Assembly (NCBI GenBank): GCA_035465695.1
Contig: DATIVR010000123.1
Coordinates: 1 to 60,077, forward strand
Source of the DNA: Gammaproteobacteria bacterium
GTDB taxonomy: Bacteria > Pseudomonadota > Gammaproteobacteria > Natronospirales > REEB76
Direction: 5' to 3'
DNA: 60,077 bases
The notes under the pieces are model-generated. The model worked only from the letters and a program-made list of their open reading frames with translations. It was not told where the DNA came from and did not search any database. Below are positions 1 through 9,420 of the stretch, one piece after another. Within the stretch, counting starts at the first letter, position 1. Every line of letters begins with the position of its first letter. The position numbers and the translations under genes are program-made.

Positions 1-591
1 GTCCATTACGAGGGCAGGCAGGTCTCGGAAGTCCGCTGGAACCTGCTGGGCACCCACAACGTCAACAACGCACTGGCTGCCATGGCTGCGGCACATCATG
101 TGGGCGTGACGCCGGAACGGGCCGCTGCGGCGTTGGGGACGTTTAAGGGCGTGAAACGCCGCTTGGAGATCCGCGCCAAGGTCGATGGCGTCACGGTCTA
201 CGATGACTTCGCCCACCATCCCACGGCGGTGGCGACGACCCTCGGCGGTCTGCGCGCGCGGGTGGGCCGCGAGCGGATACTCGCGGTGATGGAACCCCGT
301 TCTGCCACCATGAAGATGGGAGTGCACAAGGACAGCCTGGCCGACTCCCTGAAGCAGGCAGACCGGGTGTTCGTCTATCAGGCGCCGAACGTCAAATGGG
401 ATGTGGCGGGCGCCTTCGCCGGCCTGGGCGCCCGTGCCAGCGTCATCCGCGACCTGGACGCGCTCACGGACGCGGTGATGGGGGAACTGCAACGCGGTGA
501 CCACGTCCTCATCATGAGCAACGGCGGCTTCGGCGGTTTCCACGGGAAACTGATCGACAGGCTGGAGCGCCAAGCGGCGCCCAGGTGTTGA
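1..591 (+). CDS. mpl: UDP-N-acetylmuramate:L-alanyl-gamma-D-glutamyl-meso-diaminopimelate ligase (Mpl), C-terminal part; 5' end lies outside the window
   Basis: Frame 1 is open from base 1 (VHYEGRQVSEVRWNLLGTHNVNNALAAMAAAHHVG...) with a stop at 589-591. Mur-ligase C-terminal pattern (FKGVKRRLE, YDDFAHHPTA, RILAVMEPRS, MSNGGFGG) is typical of Mpl. Confidence 0.8.
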   Translation, partial: VHYEGRQVSEVRWNLLGTHNVNNALAAMAAAHHVGVTPERAAAALGTFKGVKRRLEIRAKVDGVTVYDDFAHHPTAVATTLGGLRARVGRERILAVMEPRSATMKMGVHKDSLADSLKQADRVFVYQAPNVKWDVAGAFAGLGARASVIRDLDALTDAVMGELQRGDHVLIMSNGGFGGFHGKLIDRLERQAAPRC

Positions 592-1160
592 GCGAGATCC
601 CCTTGTTCCCGCTCAATACCGTGCTGTTCCCGCGCGGTGCCCTGCCATTGCGCATCTTCGAGACCCGCTATCTGGACATGGTGAGCGACTGCCTGAAGCG
701 GGACCAGGGCTTCGGAGTGTGCCTGATCCAGGAAGGCAAGGAGACCGGCAAGGCCAAGATGCACACGGTCGGCACCCTGGCGGAGATCGGCGACTGGAGC
801 CGCGGTGAGGATGGCCTGTTGCACATCGTGGCGCAGGGCAAACGACGTCTCAAGGTCGCCAAGGTCCGCACCCAGGGTGACGGTCTTAACCTCGGTGAGG
901 TGGAGATCTTGCCGGAGGATCCTCTGCTGCCTGTCCCGGACACGCAACGCATGCTGCCGGAGATATTGCGTCAGGTGCTGCAGCAGGCGGAGGTGGAATA
1001 CCCGGCGGTGGAATACGCAGATGCCGCGTGGGTGGGGAATCGGCTCGCGGAGGTGCTGCCCATCAGCCTTCCGCAACGGCAATATCTGCTGGAAGTGGAC
1101 GACCCGCTGAAGCGCCTGGAGATCCTGGCGACGCTGGTGCAATCCCTGAGCGTGCAGTGA
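585..1160 (+). CDS. LON N-terminal (substrate-binding) domain protein
   Basis: 191-aa ORF. The N-terminus IPLFPLNTVLFPRGALPLRIFETRYLDMV is the classic Lon N-domain start. The GTG start overlaps the mpl stop by 7 nt. Confidence 0.75.
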   Translation: MLSEIPLFPLNTVLFPRGALPLRIFETRYLDMVSDCLKRDQGFGVCLIQEGKETGKAKMHTVGTLAEIGDWSRGEDGLLHIVAQGKRRLKVAKVRTQGDGLNLGEVEILPEDPLLPVPDTQRMLPEILRQVLQQAEVEYPAVEYADAAWVGNRLAEVLPISLPQRQYLLEVDDPLKRLEILATLVQSLSVQ

Positions 1161-1166
1161 TGAAAA

Positions 1167-1184
1167 ACGCGGCCTAGGCCGCGT
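1167..1184. terminator. GC-rich palindromic hairpin between convergent genes (possible bidirectional terminator)
   Basis: ACGCGGC-CTAG-GCCGCGT is a perfect inverted repeat. It is flanked by AAAAA on the left and CTT on the right, and sits between the stops at 1160 (+) and 1214 (-). Confidence 0.5.
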
Positions 1185-1213
1185 CTTGGTGCGGGAAGCT
1201 GCGGCTCATGTCA

Positions 1214-1663
1214 CTAGGGGTTGCCCCACACGGCGGCCGCGTCCTTCTGCACCAGGTTGGACGTCTCGCGCAGGCGCCGCGAGAGTATCTCGGCCAGCGA
1301 CTGGTAGAAGCGCGCCGCGAACGCCGGGTTCTGTCCCATCAGCGTGCTGATGTGGCTGTGATGGATGATGAACACCAGCACCTCTTCATCTCCGGCCACC
1401 ACGCTCGCGCTCGCGGCCTGACCCTCGATGAACGACATGTCGCCGAGGATCTCGCCGGCACCGTGGCGCGAGAGCTCGATGGCGAAGCCCTCGTGGTCAC
1501 GCTGCACCTTGACCTCGCCTTTCACGATCACATGGAGGGAAGTCTGCTTGGCGCCTTCCTGGATCAGGACTTCGCCCGGTTTGTAGGCCTTGCGCTCCGA
1601 GTCCTTGAGCAGCTGGTTGTGCTCCTCGTCACGCAAGAACTTGAAGATCTTTGCCAGGGCCAT
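1214..1663 (-). CDS. cyclic nucleotide-binding domain protein
   Basis: 149-aa ORF with a cNMP-binding beta-barrel pattern (YKPGEVLIQEGAKQTSLHVIVKGEVKV ... GAGEILGDMSFIEG). Confidence 0.7.
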   Translation of the reverse strand: MALAKIFKFLRDEEHNQLLKDSERKAYKPGEVLIQEGAKQTSLHVIVKGEVKVQRDHEGFAIELSRHGAGEILGDMSFIEGQAASASVVAGDEEVLVFIIHHSHISTLMGQNPAFAARFYQSLAEILSRRLRETSNLVQKDAAAVWGNP

Positions 1664-1720
1664 CTCAATGCGTCCTTGGTGGTCTCTCCACCTAGATAGT
1701 GCCGGAAATACCCGGTTATG

Positions 1721-3004
1721 TCATCTGTCGGCCATCCCATCCATCGCCCGGCGAGCTGCCTGGAGGGTAGCCTGGATGTCGGCTTCCGTATGCGCGGAGG
1801 ATACGAAACCTGCCTCGAAGGCGGAAGGTGCCAGATAGATGCCTTCCCGCAGCATGCCGTGGAAGAAATGCCGGAACGCTTCCACGTCCGAGGCCATCAC
1901 CTGGGAATAATTTCCCACCTGATGTTCACGCGTGAAATACAGCCCGAACATGCCGCACACTGCATTGCAGACGAAGGGTACGCCGGCTTCCCGCGCCACC
2001 TTGGCCATGCCCTCGGTCAACAGCCGTGTCTTGCGCTCCAGATCTGCATGGAAGCCGGGCGTCTCCAGCAGGTCCAGCATGGCGAGACCTGCCGCCATCG
2101 CCACAGGATTGCCGGACAGCGTCCCCGCCTGATAGATGGGCCCCAACGGCGCGATCTTCTGCATCACCTCACGCCGGCCGCCGAAGGCGCCCACCGGCAT
2201 GCCGCCACCTATGACCTTGCCGAGGGTGGTGAGGTCCGGCTTGATGCCGTACAGCGCCTGGGCGCCGCCCGGGGCGACGCGGAACCCGGTCATCACCTCG
2301 TCGAAGATAAGCAACGCACCGTGGCCGCTGCATTGTTCGCGTAGCGTTTCCAGGAAGCCCGGCGCCGGCGGCACGCAGTTCATGTTGCCGGCCACCGGTT
2401 CCACGATCACGCAGGCGATGTCGCGCGGATACTCCCTGAATGCCGCGGCCACGGCGGCGGCATCGTTGTAGGGCAGGGTGAGGGTCAAGGCCGCCAAGGC
2501 CTTCGGCACGCCGGGCGAAGTGGGGACGCCCAAGGTCAGCGCTCCGGAGCCCGCCTTGACCAGCAACGAATCCGAATGTCCGTGATAACAACCTTCGAAT
2601 TTGACGATCATGTCGCGGCCGGTGAAGCCGCGCGCCAGGCGGATGGCGCTCATGGTGGCTTCGGTGCCGGAACTCACCATCCGCACCAGTTCTATGGAAG
2701 GCATCAGCCGGCAGATGCGTTCGGCGAGCCGTGTCTCGACCGCGGTCGGTGCGCCGAAGGACAGGCCGTCGCCGATCACGCGGCGCACCGCCTCCAGCAC
2801 GTGGGGGTGGGCGTGACCCGCCAACATCGGACCCCACGACCCGACGTAATCGATGTAGCGGCGCCCATCCTCGCCATAGAGGTAGGCGCCCTCGGCCCGA
2901 TGCACGAAGATGGGCTCTCCGCCCACGCCCTTGAAGGCTCGCACGGGCGAATTGACGCCGCCAGGGATGTAACGCTGGGCGTCTTGGAACAGCGGATCGG
3001 ACAA
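1721..3004 (-). CDS. hemL: glutamate-1-semialdehyde 2,1-aminomutase
   Basis: 427 aa. Full-length HemL pattern ([11 protein letters not shown], class-III aminotransferase core, [15 protein letters not shown]). Confidence 0.95.
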   Translation of the reverse strand: MSDPLFQDAQRYIPGGVNSPVRAFKGVGGEPIFVHRAEGAYLYGEDGRRYIDYVGSWGPMLAGHAHPHVLEAVRRVIGDGLSFGAPTAVETRLAERICRLMPSIELVRMVSSGTEATMSAIRLARGFTGRDMIVKFEGCYHGHSDSLLVKAGSGALTLGVPTSPGVPKALAALTLTLPYNDAAAVAAAFREYPRDIACVIVEPVAGNMNCVPPAPGFLETLREQCSGHGALLIFDEVMTGFRVAPGGAQALYGIKPDLTTLGKVIGGGMPVGAFGGRREVMQKIAPLGPIYQAGTLSGNPVAMAAGLAMLDLLETPGFHADLERKTRLLTEGMAKVAREAGVPFVCNAVCGMFGLYFTREHQVGNYSQVMASDVEAFRHFFHGMLREGIYLAPSAFEAGFVSSAHTEADIQATLQAARRAMDGMADR

Positions 3005-3184
3005 GCTTCAGGCCTCGTGACGGGTCGTTGGCGGGGATGATGTTACAGGAGCGCCGGTCCTCGGGGTGCCGCCGCTCGGAACGCTTATAATGACATAATC
3101 GACAGTCCGGCCCTGCGACTCGCAATGCCTGCCACGGACGGGCAGAATTGCAGTTGAAGGCGCATTCCTCGCAGGGGAGTAATC

Positions 3185-5260
3185 GTGCCGACTCACGCCA
3201 GCGCCCTCGCGATTGGCCACAGGCTTCAGGAATACATCATCGGTCGGCTGCTCGGTCACGGCGGCTTCGGCCTGACATATCTCGCGCAGGACACCAACCT
3301 CAATTCGCTGGTGGCCGTCAAGGAGTTCCTCCCGCAGGAATTCGCGGTGCGTAACGCGAACAACAGCGTGGTGCCGAAGTCCGAGTTCGACTCCGATTCC
3401 TACGGTTGGGGACTGGAGCGTTTCAAGGAAGAGGCGCGGGCTCTGGCACGCTTCAAGCATCCCAACATCGTGCGGGTGTCGCGTCTCCTCGAGGCCCATG
3501 GCACCGCCTACATGGTCATGGACTTCGAGCCGGGCATGACGCTCAGCCAATACCTGAAACGCCATGGCCCGACGCTGGACGAAGGACGTCTGTTGGGACT
3601 GTTCCTGCCTGTGCTCGATGGCCTCGAGGCGCTGCACCGGCTGCAGTTGGTGCATCGCGACATCAAGCCTTCCAACATCTACGTGCGCGCCTATGGCGGA
3701 CCGATGCTCATCGACTTCGGCGCGGTGCGCCAGGCCATCGGCGCACAGAGTCGCAGTCTCACTTCACTGGTGACGCCGGGCTACGCGCCCATCGAACAAT
3801 ATTCGAGCGATGGCCGACAGGGCGCCTGGAGCGACCTCTACGCGGTCGGCGCCACGCTCTATTACTGCATGTTCGGCCATGCGCCGGCGGACGCGGCGCG
3901 CCGCAGCGCCGCCATCAGCGATGGCAGCGAGGATCCGTACGCCGCCGCGGTGCAGCGCGGTGCGGAGCAGTATTCCCGCGAGATCCTCGAATGCGTGGAC
4001 TGGGCCCTGCAGTTCCGGGTGCGCGACCGACCCCAGAGCGCACATGAGCTGCGCGAACGTCTGCGCACCTCGCCGGTGCCGCCCCAGGTCATCGAGGTCC
4101 CGGAAAGCCTGGCAGAGGTGCCGGAACTGCAACACGGCGTCATGTCGGTGCCCACCATGCCGGCGTCTGTCCGCGTACCGGGCTACCCCAAGTCCTCCAC
4201 GTCGATGGAAGGCGCCACCGTGGTGTCGCTTCCCACTGAGCGACACGACAGCTTGGCCCCCCTGATCGAAGGCACGCGGCGGCCCAGCCAGGTCACCCAC
4301 GTCATGGTGCGTCCGGGTGAGCCGGTGCTGCCGAAGCTCAAGTCCCGGCTCACCGGCTGGTACCGCCGCTGGATGGAGAGCCTGGAGCGGGCGTCCCGGG
4401 AGCCCAATACCCTGACCGGACGTATCGCCACCCAGATGATCAAGGAGCCGCGCGGCGTGCGCATGGCGCTCACGGCGGCGGTGATCCTGGTGCTGGCCGT
4501 GTCACTGGTGGTCTTCGCGCGCCGTACCGGCAGCGACGACACCCGTTATCAGGACGCGGTAGCCGCCGGCACTTCCACCGCCTATCAGCAGTATCTGGCG
4601 GATTGCAGAGCGTGTTCCCACAAGGCGGATGCCCAGGCGGCCTTGGACAAGCTTGCGCATGCGGAGCTGGTCTCCGCACTGGAACAACAGTTCAAGGATC
4701 TGTTGGGCAAGAGGCAACTGGCGGCGCCGGCCAAGCCCAATGCCACCGATACGCTGCGTCAGTTGGAGGCCAGCGCGCCGGACGACACTTATCTGCCCCA
4801 GGCCAGGAGCGAGCTCGCGGCGGCACTGAAGTCCGAGGCGCCTCGTCCGGCCATTCCTTCGACCATCAGACCGGCCGCGAAACCCACCGCCGCTCCCATC
4901 AGGAAGCCGACCCGGCAGATCGCCAAGGGCGCCCGCAAACCGGCGGCATCCGCGGCGACGGCGAGGATCGCCACCCGGATGCCGGCCGCCGCCGCCAATG
5001 AGGTGATGCCGAAGCCCGTCTACGCCCCGGCGCCGAAATATCCGCAAGCGGGCAAGGGCCGGAGCGGTTATGTGGTGCTGGACGTCACCGTAAACGTGGA
5101 CGGCAGCACGGCCGACATGCATGTCATCGAATCGAGTCCCAAGGGTGTGTTCGACGATGCCGCCATGCATGCGGTCCACGGCTGGATCTTCTCGCCTTAC
5201 ACGCTGAACGGCGTGCGTCAGCGCAAGCGCATCCACTGGCGCATCGACTTCAAGCCGTGA
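3185..5260 (+). CDS. membrane Ser/Thr protein kinase with C-terminal TonB_C-like domain
   Basis: Hanks kinase motifs are present: GHGGFG, VAVKEF, HRDIKPSN, DFG, PGYAPIE. One TM segment (MALTAAVILVLAVSLVVFA) and a Pro/Ala/Lys-rich linker follow. The last ~85 aa (PKYPQAGKGRSGYVVLDVTVNVDGSTADMHVIESSPKGVFDDAAMHAVHGWIFSP) resemble TonB C-terminal domains. GTG start lies 7 nt after GGGGAG. Confidence 0.85.
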   Translation: MPTHASALAIGHRLQEYIIGRLLGHGGFGLTYLAQDTNLNSLVAVKEFLPQEFAVRNANNSVVPKSEFDSDSYGWGLERFKEEARALARFKHPNIVRVSRLLEAHGTAYMVMDFEPGMTLSQYLKRHGPTLDEGRLLGLFLPVLDGLEALHRLQLVHRDIKPSNIYVRAYGGPMLIDFGAVRQAIGAQSRSLTSLVTPGYAPIEQYSSDGRQGAWSDLYAVGATLYYCMFGHAPADAARRSAAISDGSEDPYAAAVQRGAEQYSREILECVDWALQFRVRDRPQSAHELRERLRTSPVPPQVIEVPESLAEVPELQHGVMSVPTMPASVRVPGYPKSSTSMEGATVVSLPTERHDSLAPLIEGTRRPSQVTHVMVRPGEPVLPKLKSRLTGWYRRWMESLERASREPNTLTGRIATQMIKEPRGVRMALTAAVILVLAVSLVVFARRTGSDDTRYQDAVAAGTSTAYQQYLADCRACSHKADAQAALDKLAHAELVSALEQQFKDLLGKRQLAAPAKPNATDTLRQLEASAPDDTYLPQARSELAAALKSEAPRPAIPSTIRPAAKPTAAPIRKPTRQIAKGARKPAASAATARIATRMPAAAANEVMPKPVYAPAPKYPQAGKGRSGYVVLDVTVNVDGSTADMHVIESSPKGVFDDAAMHAVHGWIFSPYTLNGVRQRKRIHWRIDFKP

Positions 5261-6060
5261 GCATCACCGCGCAGGAACTCATGGAGGGCAGCGCCACGTC
5301 GCTGCCGCCCGTGAAACCCGGTAACGGTCTCTGCCTTCTGAGCGCCGGGTTCAGCGCCCGCGGGGCCCGCCACTACAACGAAGACCGGCTCGGCTGCGCC
5401 GGCGAGGGTCCGGGTTACTGGGCGCTCGCGGACGGGCTCGGTGGCCACCGGGGCGGGGCTCGTGCAGCGGAGCTCGCGGTGGAAGCGGGTCTTGCCTCGC
5501 TGCAGGCCAGCGCCGCGTCTCGTCTCGAAGACCGTCTCAAGCAGGCGGTGAGTGACGCCCACGCCCGCATCCGTGCGCTGCAGAAGTCCGAGGAGGGCCA
5601 CGCCCACATGCGCTCCACGGTGGTGCTGTTGGGGATCGGTGGCGACGACATGGCCTGGGCCCATACCGGCGATTCGCGCCTCTATCATTTCCGGGAGGGC
5701 AAGCTGCTATGGCGTACCCGCGACCATAGCGTGGTGCAGTTGCTGGTATCGGCCGGCGAGATCTCGGAAGCCGATGTCACCCAGCATCCGGAGCGCTCCC
5801 GGCTCATCAGCTGCCTGGGAGGCGATAACACGCTCCTGATCAGCACCAAGAGCGGCGGGGCACCGCGGCCTGGCGATGTGCTGCTCCTGGCCAGCGACGG
5901 CATGTGGGAGCATTTCGACAGCTGGCAGTTGGAGGCGGCGGTGGCGCGTTCCGAGACGCCCGAGACCTTGCTGGCCTATCTTGCGGGTCTGGTGGGTGAG
6001 GCCATGCATCCGACCCAGGACAACTACACCGCCGTCGCGGTATACGTGACTCAGGACTGA
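5257..6060 (+). CDS. PP2C-family Ser/Thr protein phosphatase
   Basis: 267 aa with PP2C motifs (EDRLG, ALADGLGGHRGG, GDSRLYHF, LLLASDGMWE). Its GTG start overlaps the kinase TGA (GTGA), implying translational coupling. Confidence 0.85.
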   Translation: MSITAQELMEGSATSLPPVKPGNGLCLLSAGFSARGARHYNEDRLGCAGEGPGYWALADGLGGHRGGARAAELAVEAGLASLQASAASRLEDRLKQAVSDAHARIRALQKSEEGHAHMRSTVVLLGIGGDDMAWAHTGDSRLYHFREGKLLWRTRDHSVVQLLVSAGEISEADVTQHPERSRLISCLGGDNTLLISTKSGGAPRPGDVLLLASDGMWEHFDSWQLEAAVARSETPETLLAYLAGLVGEAMHPTQDNYTAVAVYVTQD

Positions 6061-6668
6061 AAGAGTCGCGCGTAATCCCTGGCGGCCGCGTTTACGTCAG
6101 CCGCTCCGAACAACCCCTGTATCACCGCCAGTATCTGCGCCCCTGCCTGCACCAGTTCTCCGCCGGTCGCAGGGGTGATGCCGCCGATGGCACAGATCGG
6201 GATGCTGATGCGGGTGCGCGCCTCGGTCAGCAGCGAGAGAGGCGCGCGTGTCGCCGCGGGTTTGCTGGCGGACGGGAAGAAGCTGCCAAATGCCACGTAG
6301 TCCGCGCCATCGTGTGCCGCTTGCATGGCCCTTTGCAGGGAGTCATAGCAGGATATGCCCAGTATCGCGCGCGGACCCAGGCGCACCCGTGCCATCGCCA
6401 GCTCACCGTCGTCCTTGCCCAGATGCACACCCTCGGCGCCGATGGCGGCCGCCAGTTCCACATCATCATTCACGATCAAGGGCACGCCGTGACTCCGGCA
6501 GAGTTCCAGCAGTCCGCGCGCCTCCCGTTCGCGCCGGTCTTGCTCGGCGGATTTGTCACGGTATTGCACCAGGCGCGCGCCACCCCGGATGGCCGCTTCC
6601 ACCGAGGTCAGCAGCGCGGGCAAGGCGGAACCATCGGTGATGGCATAGAGACCTCGCAAGCTGTTCAT
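6051..6668 (-). CDS. thiE: thiamine-phosphate synthase
   Basis: 205 aa with a ThiE pattern (LYAITD..., VQYRDK, LIVNDDVELA, GVHLGKDD, IGGI). Confidence 0.9.
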   Translation of the reverse strand: MNSLRGLYAITDGSALPALLTSVEAAIRGGARLVQYRDKSAEQDRREREARGLLELCRSHGVPLIVNDDVELAAAIGAEGVHLGKDDGELAMARVRLGPRAILGISCYDSLQRAMQAAHDGADYVAFGSFFPSASKPAATRAPLSLLTEARTRISIPICAIGGITPATGGELVQAGAQILAVIQGLFGAADVNAAARDYARLFQS

Positions 6669-7441
6669 CGGCGCGGCAGGTGCTGGTGCCGGCCGGGCCG
6701 CCAGCCTCGCCGCAGCGTGTCGTAGGTATAGCGCTGGGCATCCTGGACCGCATCGGGCATGGCTTGGCCCAACGCCAGGCGCGCGGCGATGGCCGAAGCC
6801 AGGGTGCAGCCCGAGCCGTGATAGGAATGGGGGAGCCGCACCCAGACAGATTCGCGGTGAAAGCCATCAGGTCCGAACAGGTGGTTCCGGACCTCGGGCG
6901 CATCTTCGTCGGCGCCTTTCACCAGCACGTATTGGGCGCCCGATGCCAGCATCACCTTCGCCCGCCCGGCGGGGTCCGCAGCCGTGGGCGCGAAGCGTCG
7001 GCTTTCGGCGGCATTGGGGGTGACCAGCGTGGCCAACGGGACCAGTTCCCGCTTATAGATCTCCAGGAGCTCGTCGTCGGCGAGCCGGCCGCCGCCGGAA
7101 GCAGCCAGCACCGGGTCGACCACCAAAGGCAGCGAACCGTGCCCTGCGAGCAGGGCGGCGACCGCATGGCCCACCGCGGCGTCGGCCAGCAGACCCAGCT
7201 TCACGGCAGCCACCGGCATGTCCTGGAGTACTGCGCGCGCCTGTTCCACGACCAGCGCCGGGTCCACCGCCTGGACGCGGCGCACGTCGCCGGTGTCCTG
7301 CACCGTGATCGCGGCCACCACCGGCGCTGGATGTGCGCCGGCGGCCGTGATGGCCTGGATGTCGGCAGCGAGGCCAGCGCCTCCGGTGGGATCGTTGCCG
7401 GCGATCACCAATACCACCGGCGGTTGCGTGACTTGACCCAT
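6665..7441 (-). CDS. thiD: hydroxymethylpyrimidine/phosphomethylpyrimidine kinase
   Basis: 258 aa with a ThiD pattern (VLVIAGNDPTGGAGLAADI, VKLGLL, VVDPV, LVTPN, GSGCTLASAIAA). Its stop overlaps the thiE start by 4 nt. Confidence 0.9.
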   Translation of the reverse strand: MGQVTQPPVVLVIAGNDPTGGAGLAADIQAITAAGAHPAPVVAAITVQDTGDVRRVQAVDPALVVEQARAVLQDMPVAAVKLGLLADAAVGHAVAALLAGHGSLPLVVDPVLAASGGGRLADDELLEIYKRELVPLATLVTPNAAESRRFAPTAADPAGRAKVMLASGAQYVLVKGADEDAPEVRNHLFGPDGFHRESVWVRLPHSYHGSGCTLASAIAARLALGQAMPDAVQDAQRYTYDTLRRGWRPGRHQHLPRR

Positions 7442-7501
7442 GGGTAAATTTTACCCTCTTGGGTTCCGCTTGCTGCTTGTCCATGAGAAAATGCCGGCCT
7501 C

Positions 7502-7666
7502 ATGAAAGCCTACATGTGCGTCATCTGCGGGTTCGTCTACGAGGAAGCCAAGGGTCATCCCGAAAGCGGCATCGCGCCCGGGACCAAATGGGAGGATGTC
7601 CCTCTGGCTTGGCGCTGCCCCGACTGTGGCGCCGGTAAGGAAGACTTCGAGATGATCGAGATTTAG
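7502..7666 (+). CDS. rubredoxin (54 aa, below the ORF-track length cut-off)
   Basis: Own translation: [54 protein letters not shown]. Both CxxCG knuckles (CVICG, CPDCG) and the conserved W/F core are present, and a terminator follows. Confidence 0.85.
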   Translation: MKAYMCVICGFVYEEAKGHPESGIAPGTKWEDVPLAWRCPDCGAGKEDFEMIEI

Positions 7667-7697
7667 ACGGGATCGTTTGCCGCCTGACTTCGTCAAG

Positions 7698-7721
7698 AAT
7701 CCGCTCGCTCGCGGATTTTTG
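7698..7721 (+). terminator. rho-independent terminator after rubredoxin
   Basis: AATCCGC-TCGCTC-GCGGATT stem-loop followed by TTTTG. Confidence 0.6.
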
Positions 7722-7765
7722 CCTCGCCAGCCGCCAAAACCTCCTCGTTTAAATCGAGTCTTTCT

Positions 7766-8635
7766 CTAGAGTTGTTCAATCTTATAGCCGTCTTTTTCCA
7801 AGCTCGCCAAGACGCCGTCCGGTCCTACCAGGTGTAGCGCTCCCACCACCACGAAGTACTGCCTGCCGCTGGCGGCGAGCTTCTCCAGCTGCGGCACCCA
7901 GTTGCGGTTGCGCTGCACCAGGATCGCCTGGTAGACCTCCGGATATGGCCCGAACTCCTCCTTCAGTTCCTTCTGCAGCGAGGCCGTGTCGCCGCGGCGC
8001 CATGCGGCCATCATGCCGTCCATGTCGCTCTGCGCGGAATCCGCCTGGTCGAGACTCTGCAGCAGCATCGCTTCCTGGTCCTTCTCCGGCAGCTGTGCCA
8101 AGAGATTGAGCTGGAAGGACGCTTTCTCGAGCCCAAGGACCGGCTTGTGGGCGTCCTCGGCTTCGTCGGCGAAATGGAGGTCCACACCGCTGGTGGGATC
8201 GAAGCCCTCGGCCACCAACTGGTTGTCCAACATCACGATGCTGGCGAGCCAGGGTTTCATGGGCTCGAGCATCTCCAGGTCCGCCTTCTGCTTCTTCGCC
8301 AGCTCCACCACCCGTTGATAGACGGTGGGCGGCAGGTCGGTCTTGAGGGAGTGTCCGGGAGGATAGGAGCCGATCTGCATCATCTGCAGTTGCGCGCTTT
8401 CCGGGTCGTAGTGGCTAAGGTCGATCTCCTCCACCAATCCCGCCGAGGATTTGAAAGTCGACTCCAGCACCTCCGGCAGCGGATAGTCGCTGGGACGCAG
8501 CACATGGATGGAGCCCGCGATGTAGATCACCTGCGTGCCCTTGCTCACGCGCCATAGAAAATGTTTGCCGCCGCCATCGGCGAACGTGGCAGCGCTGAAC
8601 AAGAACAACAGGAGGACAGCGAGCAGGCGCGGCAT
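7766..8635 (-). CDS. TraB/GumN family protein (secreted)
   Basis: Signal peptide MPRLLAVLLLFLFSAATFA from the internal ATG at 8635. GumN/TraB pattern (FLWRVSKG..VIYIAGSIHVL, VVVGALHLVG). The 25-codon upstream extension in the track is probably not translated. Confidence 0.75.
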   Translation of the reverse strand: MPRLLAVLLLFLFSAATFADGGGKHFLWRVSKGTQVIYIAGSIHVLRPSDYPLPEVLESTFKSSAGLVEEIDLSHYDPESAQLQMMQIGSYPPGHSLKTDLPPTVYQRVVELAKKQKADLEMLEPMKPWLASIVMLDNQLVAEGFDPTSGVDLHFADEAEDAHKPVLGLEKASFQLNLLAQLPEKDQEAMLLQSLDQADSAQSDMDGMMAAWRRGDTASLQKELKEEFGPYPEVYQAILVQRNRNWVPQLEKLAASGRQYFVVVGALHLVGPDGVLASLEKDGYKIEQL

Positions 8636-8687
8636 GGGAGCTCCGGAGTAGAATGCGGCTCCACCCGTCCGGCGGCCGCGAACGCAT

Positions 8688-9350
8688 ATGTCCAATCGTA
8701 CCATCTCCATGACCGACGACCTCTACGCTTACCTGTTGGAGAGCTCCCTGCGGGAATCGCCCCTCCTGAAGCGCCTACGGGACGAGACCGCCAGACATCC
8801 CCGGGCAGGGATGCAGATCTCCCCCGAGCAGGGGCAATTCATGCAGCTCCTGGTGAAGCTCATGGGCGCGCGCCGTTACATAGAGGTGGGCGTGTTCACG
8901 GGTTACAGCAGCCTGGCCGTTGCGCTCGCCCTGCCGGCGGAGGGCCGTGTCCTCGCCTGCGATGTGAGCGAGGAGTTCACCTCGGTCGCGCGTCGTTATT
9001 GGAAGGAAGCCGGCGTGGCGGCGAAGATCGAGCTAAAGCTGGCGCCCGCCGCCCAGACACTGGATGAGCGCATCGCGGCTGGCGAAGCCGGCAGCTTCGA
9101 CTTGGCTTTCATCGATGCCGACAAGGCCAACTATAAGAATTACTATGAACGCATCCTGACGCTGCTGCGTCCCGGCGGACTGGCGATGGTGGACAACGTC
9201 CTGTGGAGCGGAGCGGTGATCGATCCGAGCGATCAGGACGAGGATACGGTCGCGATACGCGCCTTCAATGAGCTGCTACACCGCGACGAACGGATCGATC
9301 TGTCCATGGTGCCGATAGGCGACGGTCTCACGCTCGCCCGCAAGCGTTAA
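8688..9350 (+). CDS. class I SAM-dependent O-methyltransferase (caffeoyl-CoA OMT-like)
   Basis: 220 aa with an OMT family-3 pattern (ISPEQGQFMQLLVKLMGARRYIEVGVFTGYSSLAVA, FDLAFIDADKANY, GGLAMVDNVLWSG). An alternative ATG at 8709 is possible. Confidence 0.8.
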   Translation: MSNRTISMTDDLYAYLLESSLRESPLLKRLRDETARHPRAGMQISPEQGQFMQLLVKLMGARRYIEVGVFTGYSSLAVALALPAEGRVLACDVSEEFTSVARRYWKEAGVAAKIELKLAPAAQTLDERIAAGEAGSFDLAFIDADKANYKNYYERILTLLRPGGLAMVDNVLWSGAVIDPSDQDEDTVAIRAFNELLHRDERIDLSMVPIGDGLTLARKR

Positions 9351-9420
9351 GCGGTCACCGTCTGCCCCCATAGGGCAGCACGTGATCCCACGCCCGCGTG
9401 ACAAAGTTACCGGCCGCCGG

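Noticed and set aside
7442-7501. TPP riboswitch upstream of thiD-thiE.
   Set aside because: The spacer is only 60 nt and lacks the CUGAGA and ACCUGAUCUGGAUAAUGCCAGCG-type motifs.
7451-7696. 81-aa minus-strand ORF between thiD and the TraB-like gene.
   Set aside because: It is the reverse complement of a textbook rubredoxin gene, and the plus-strand reading explains the region.
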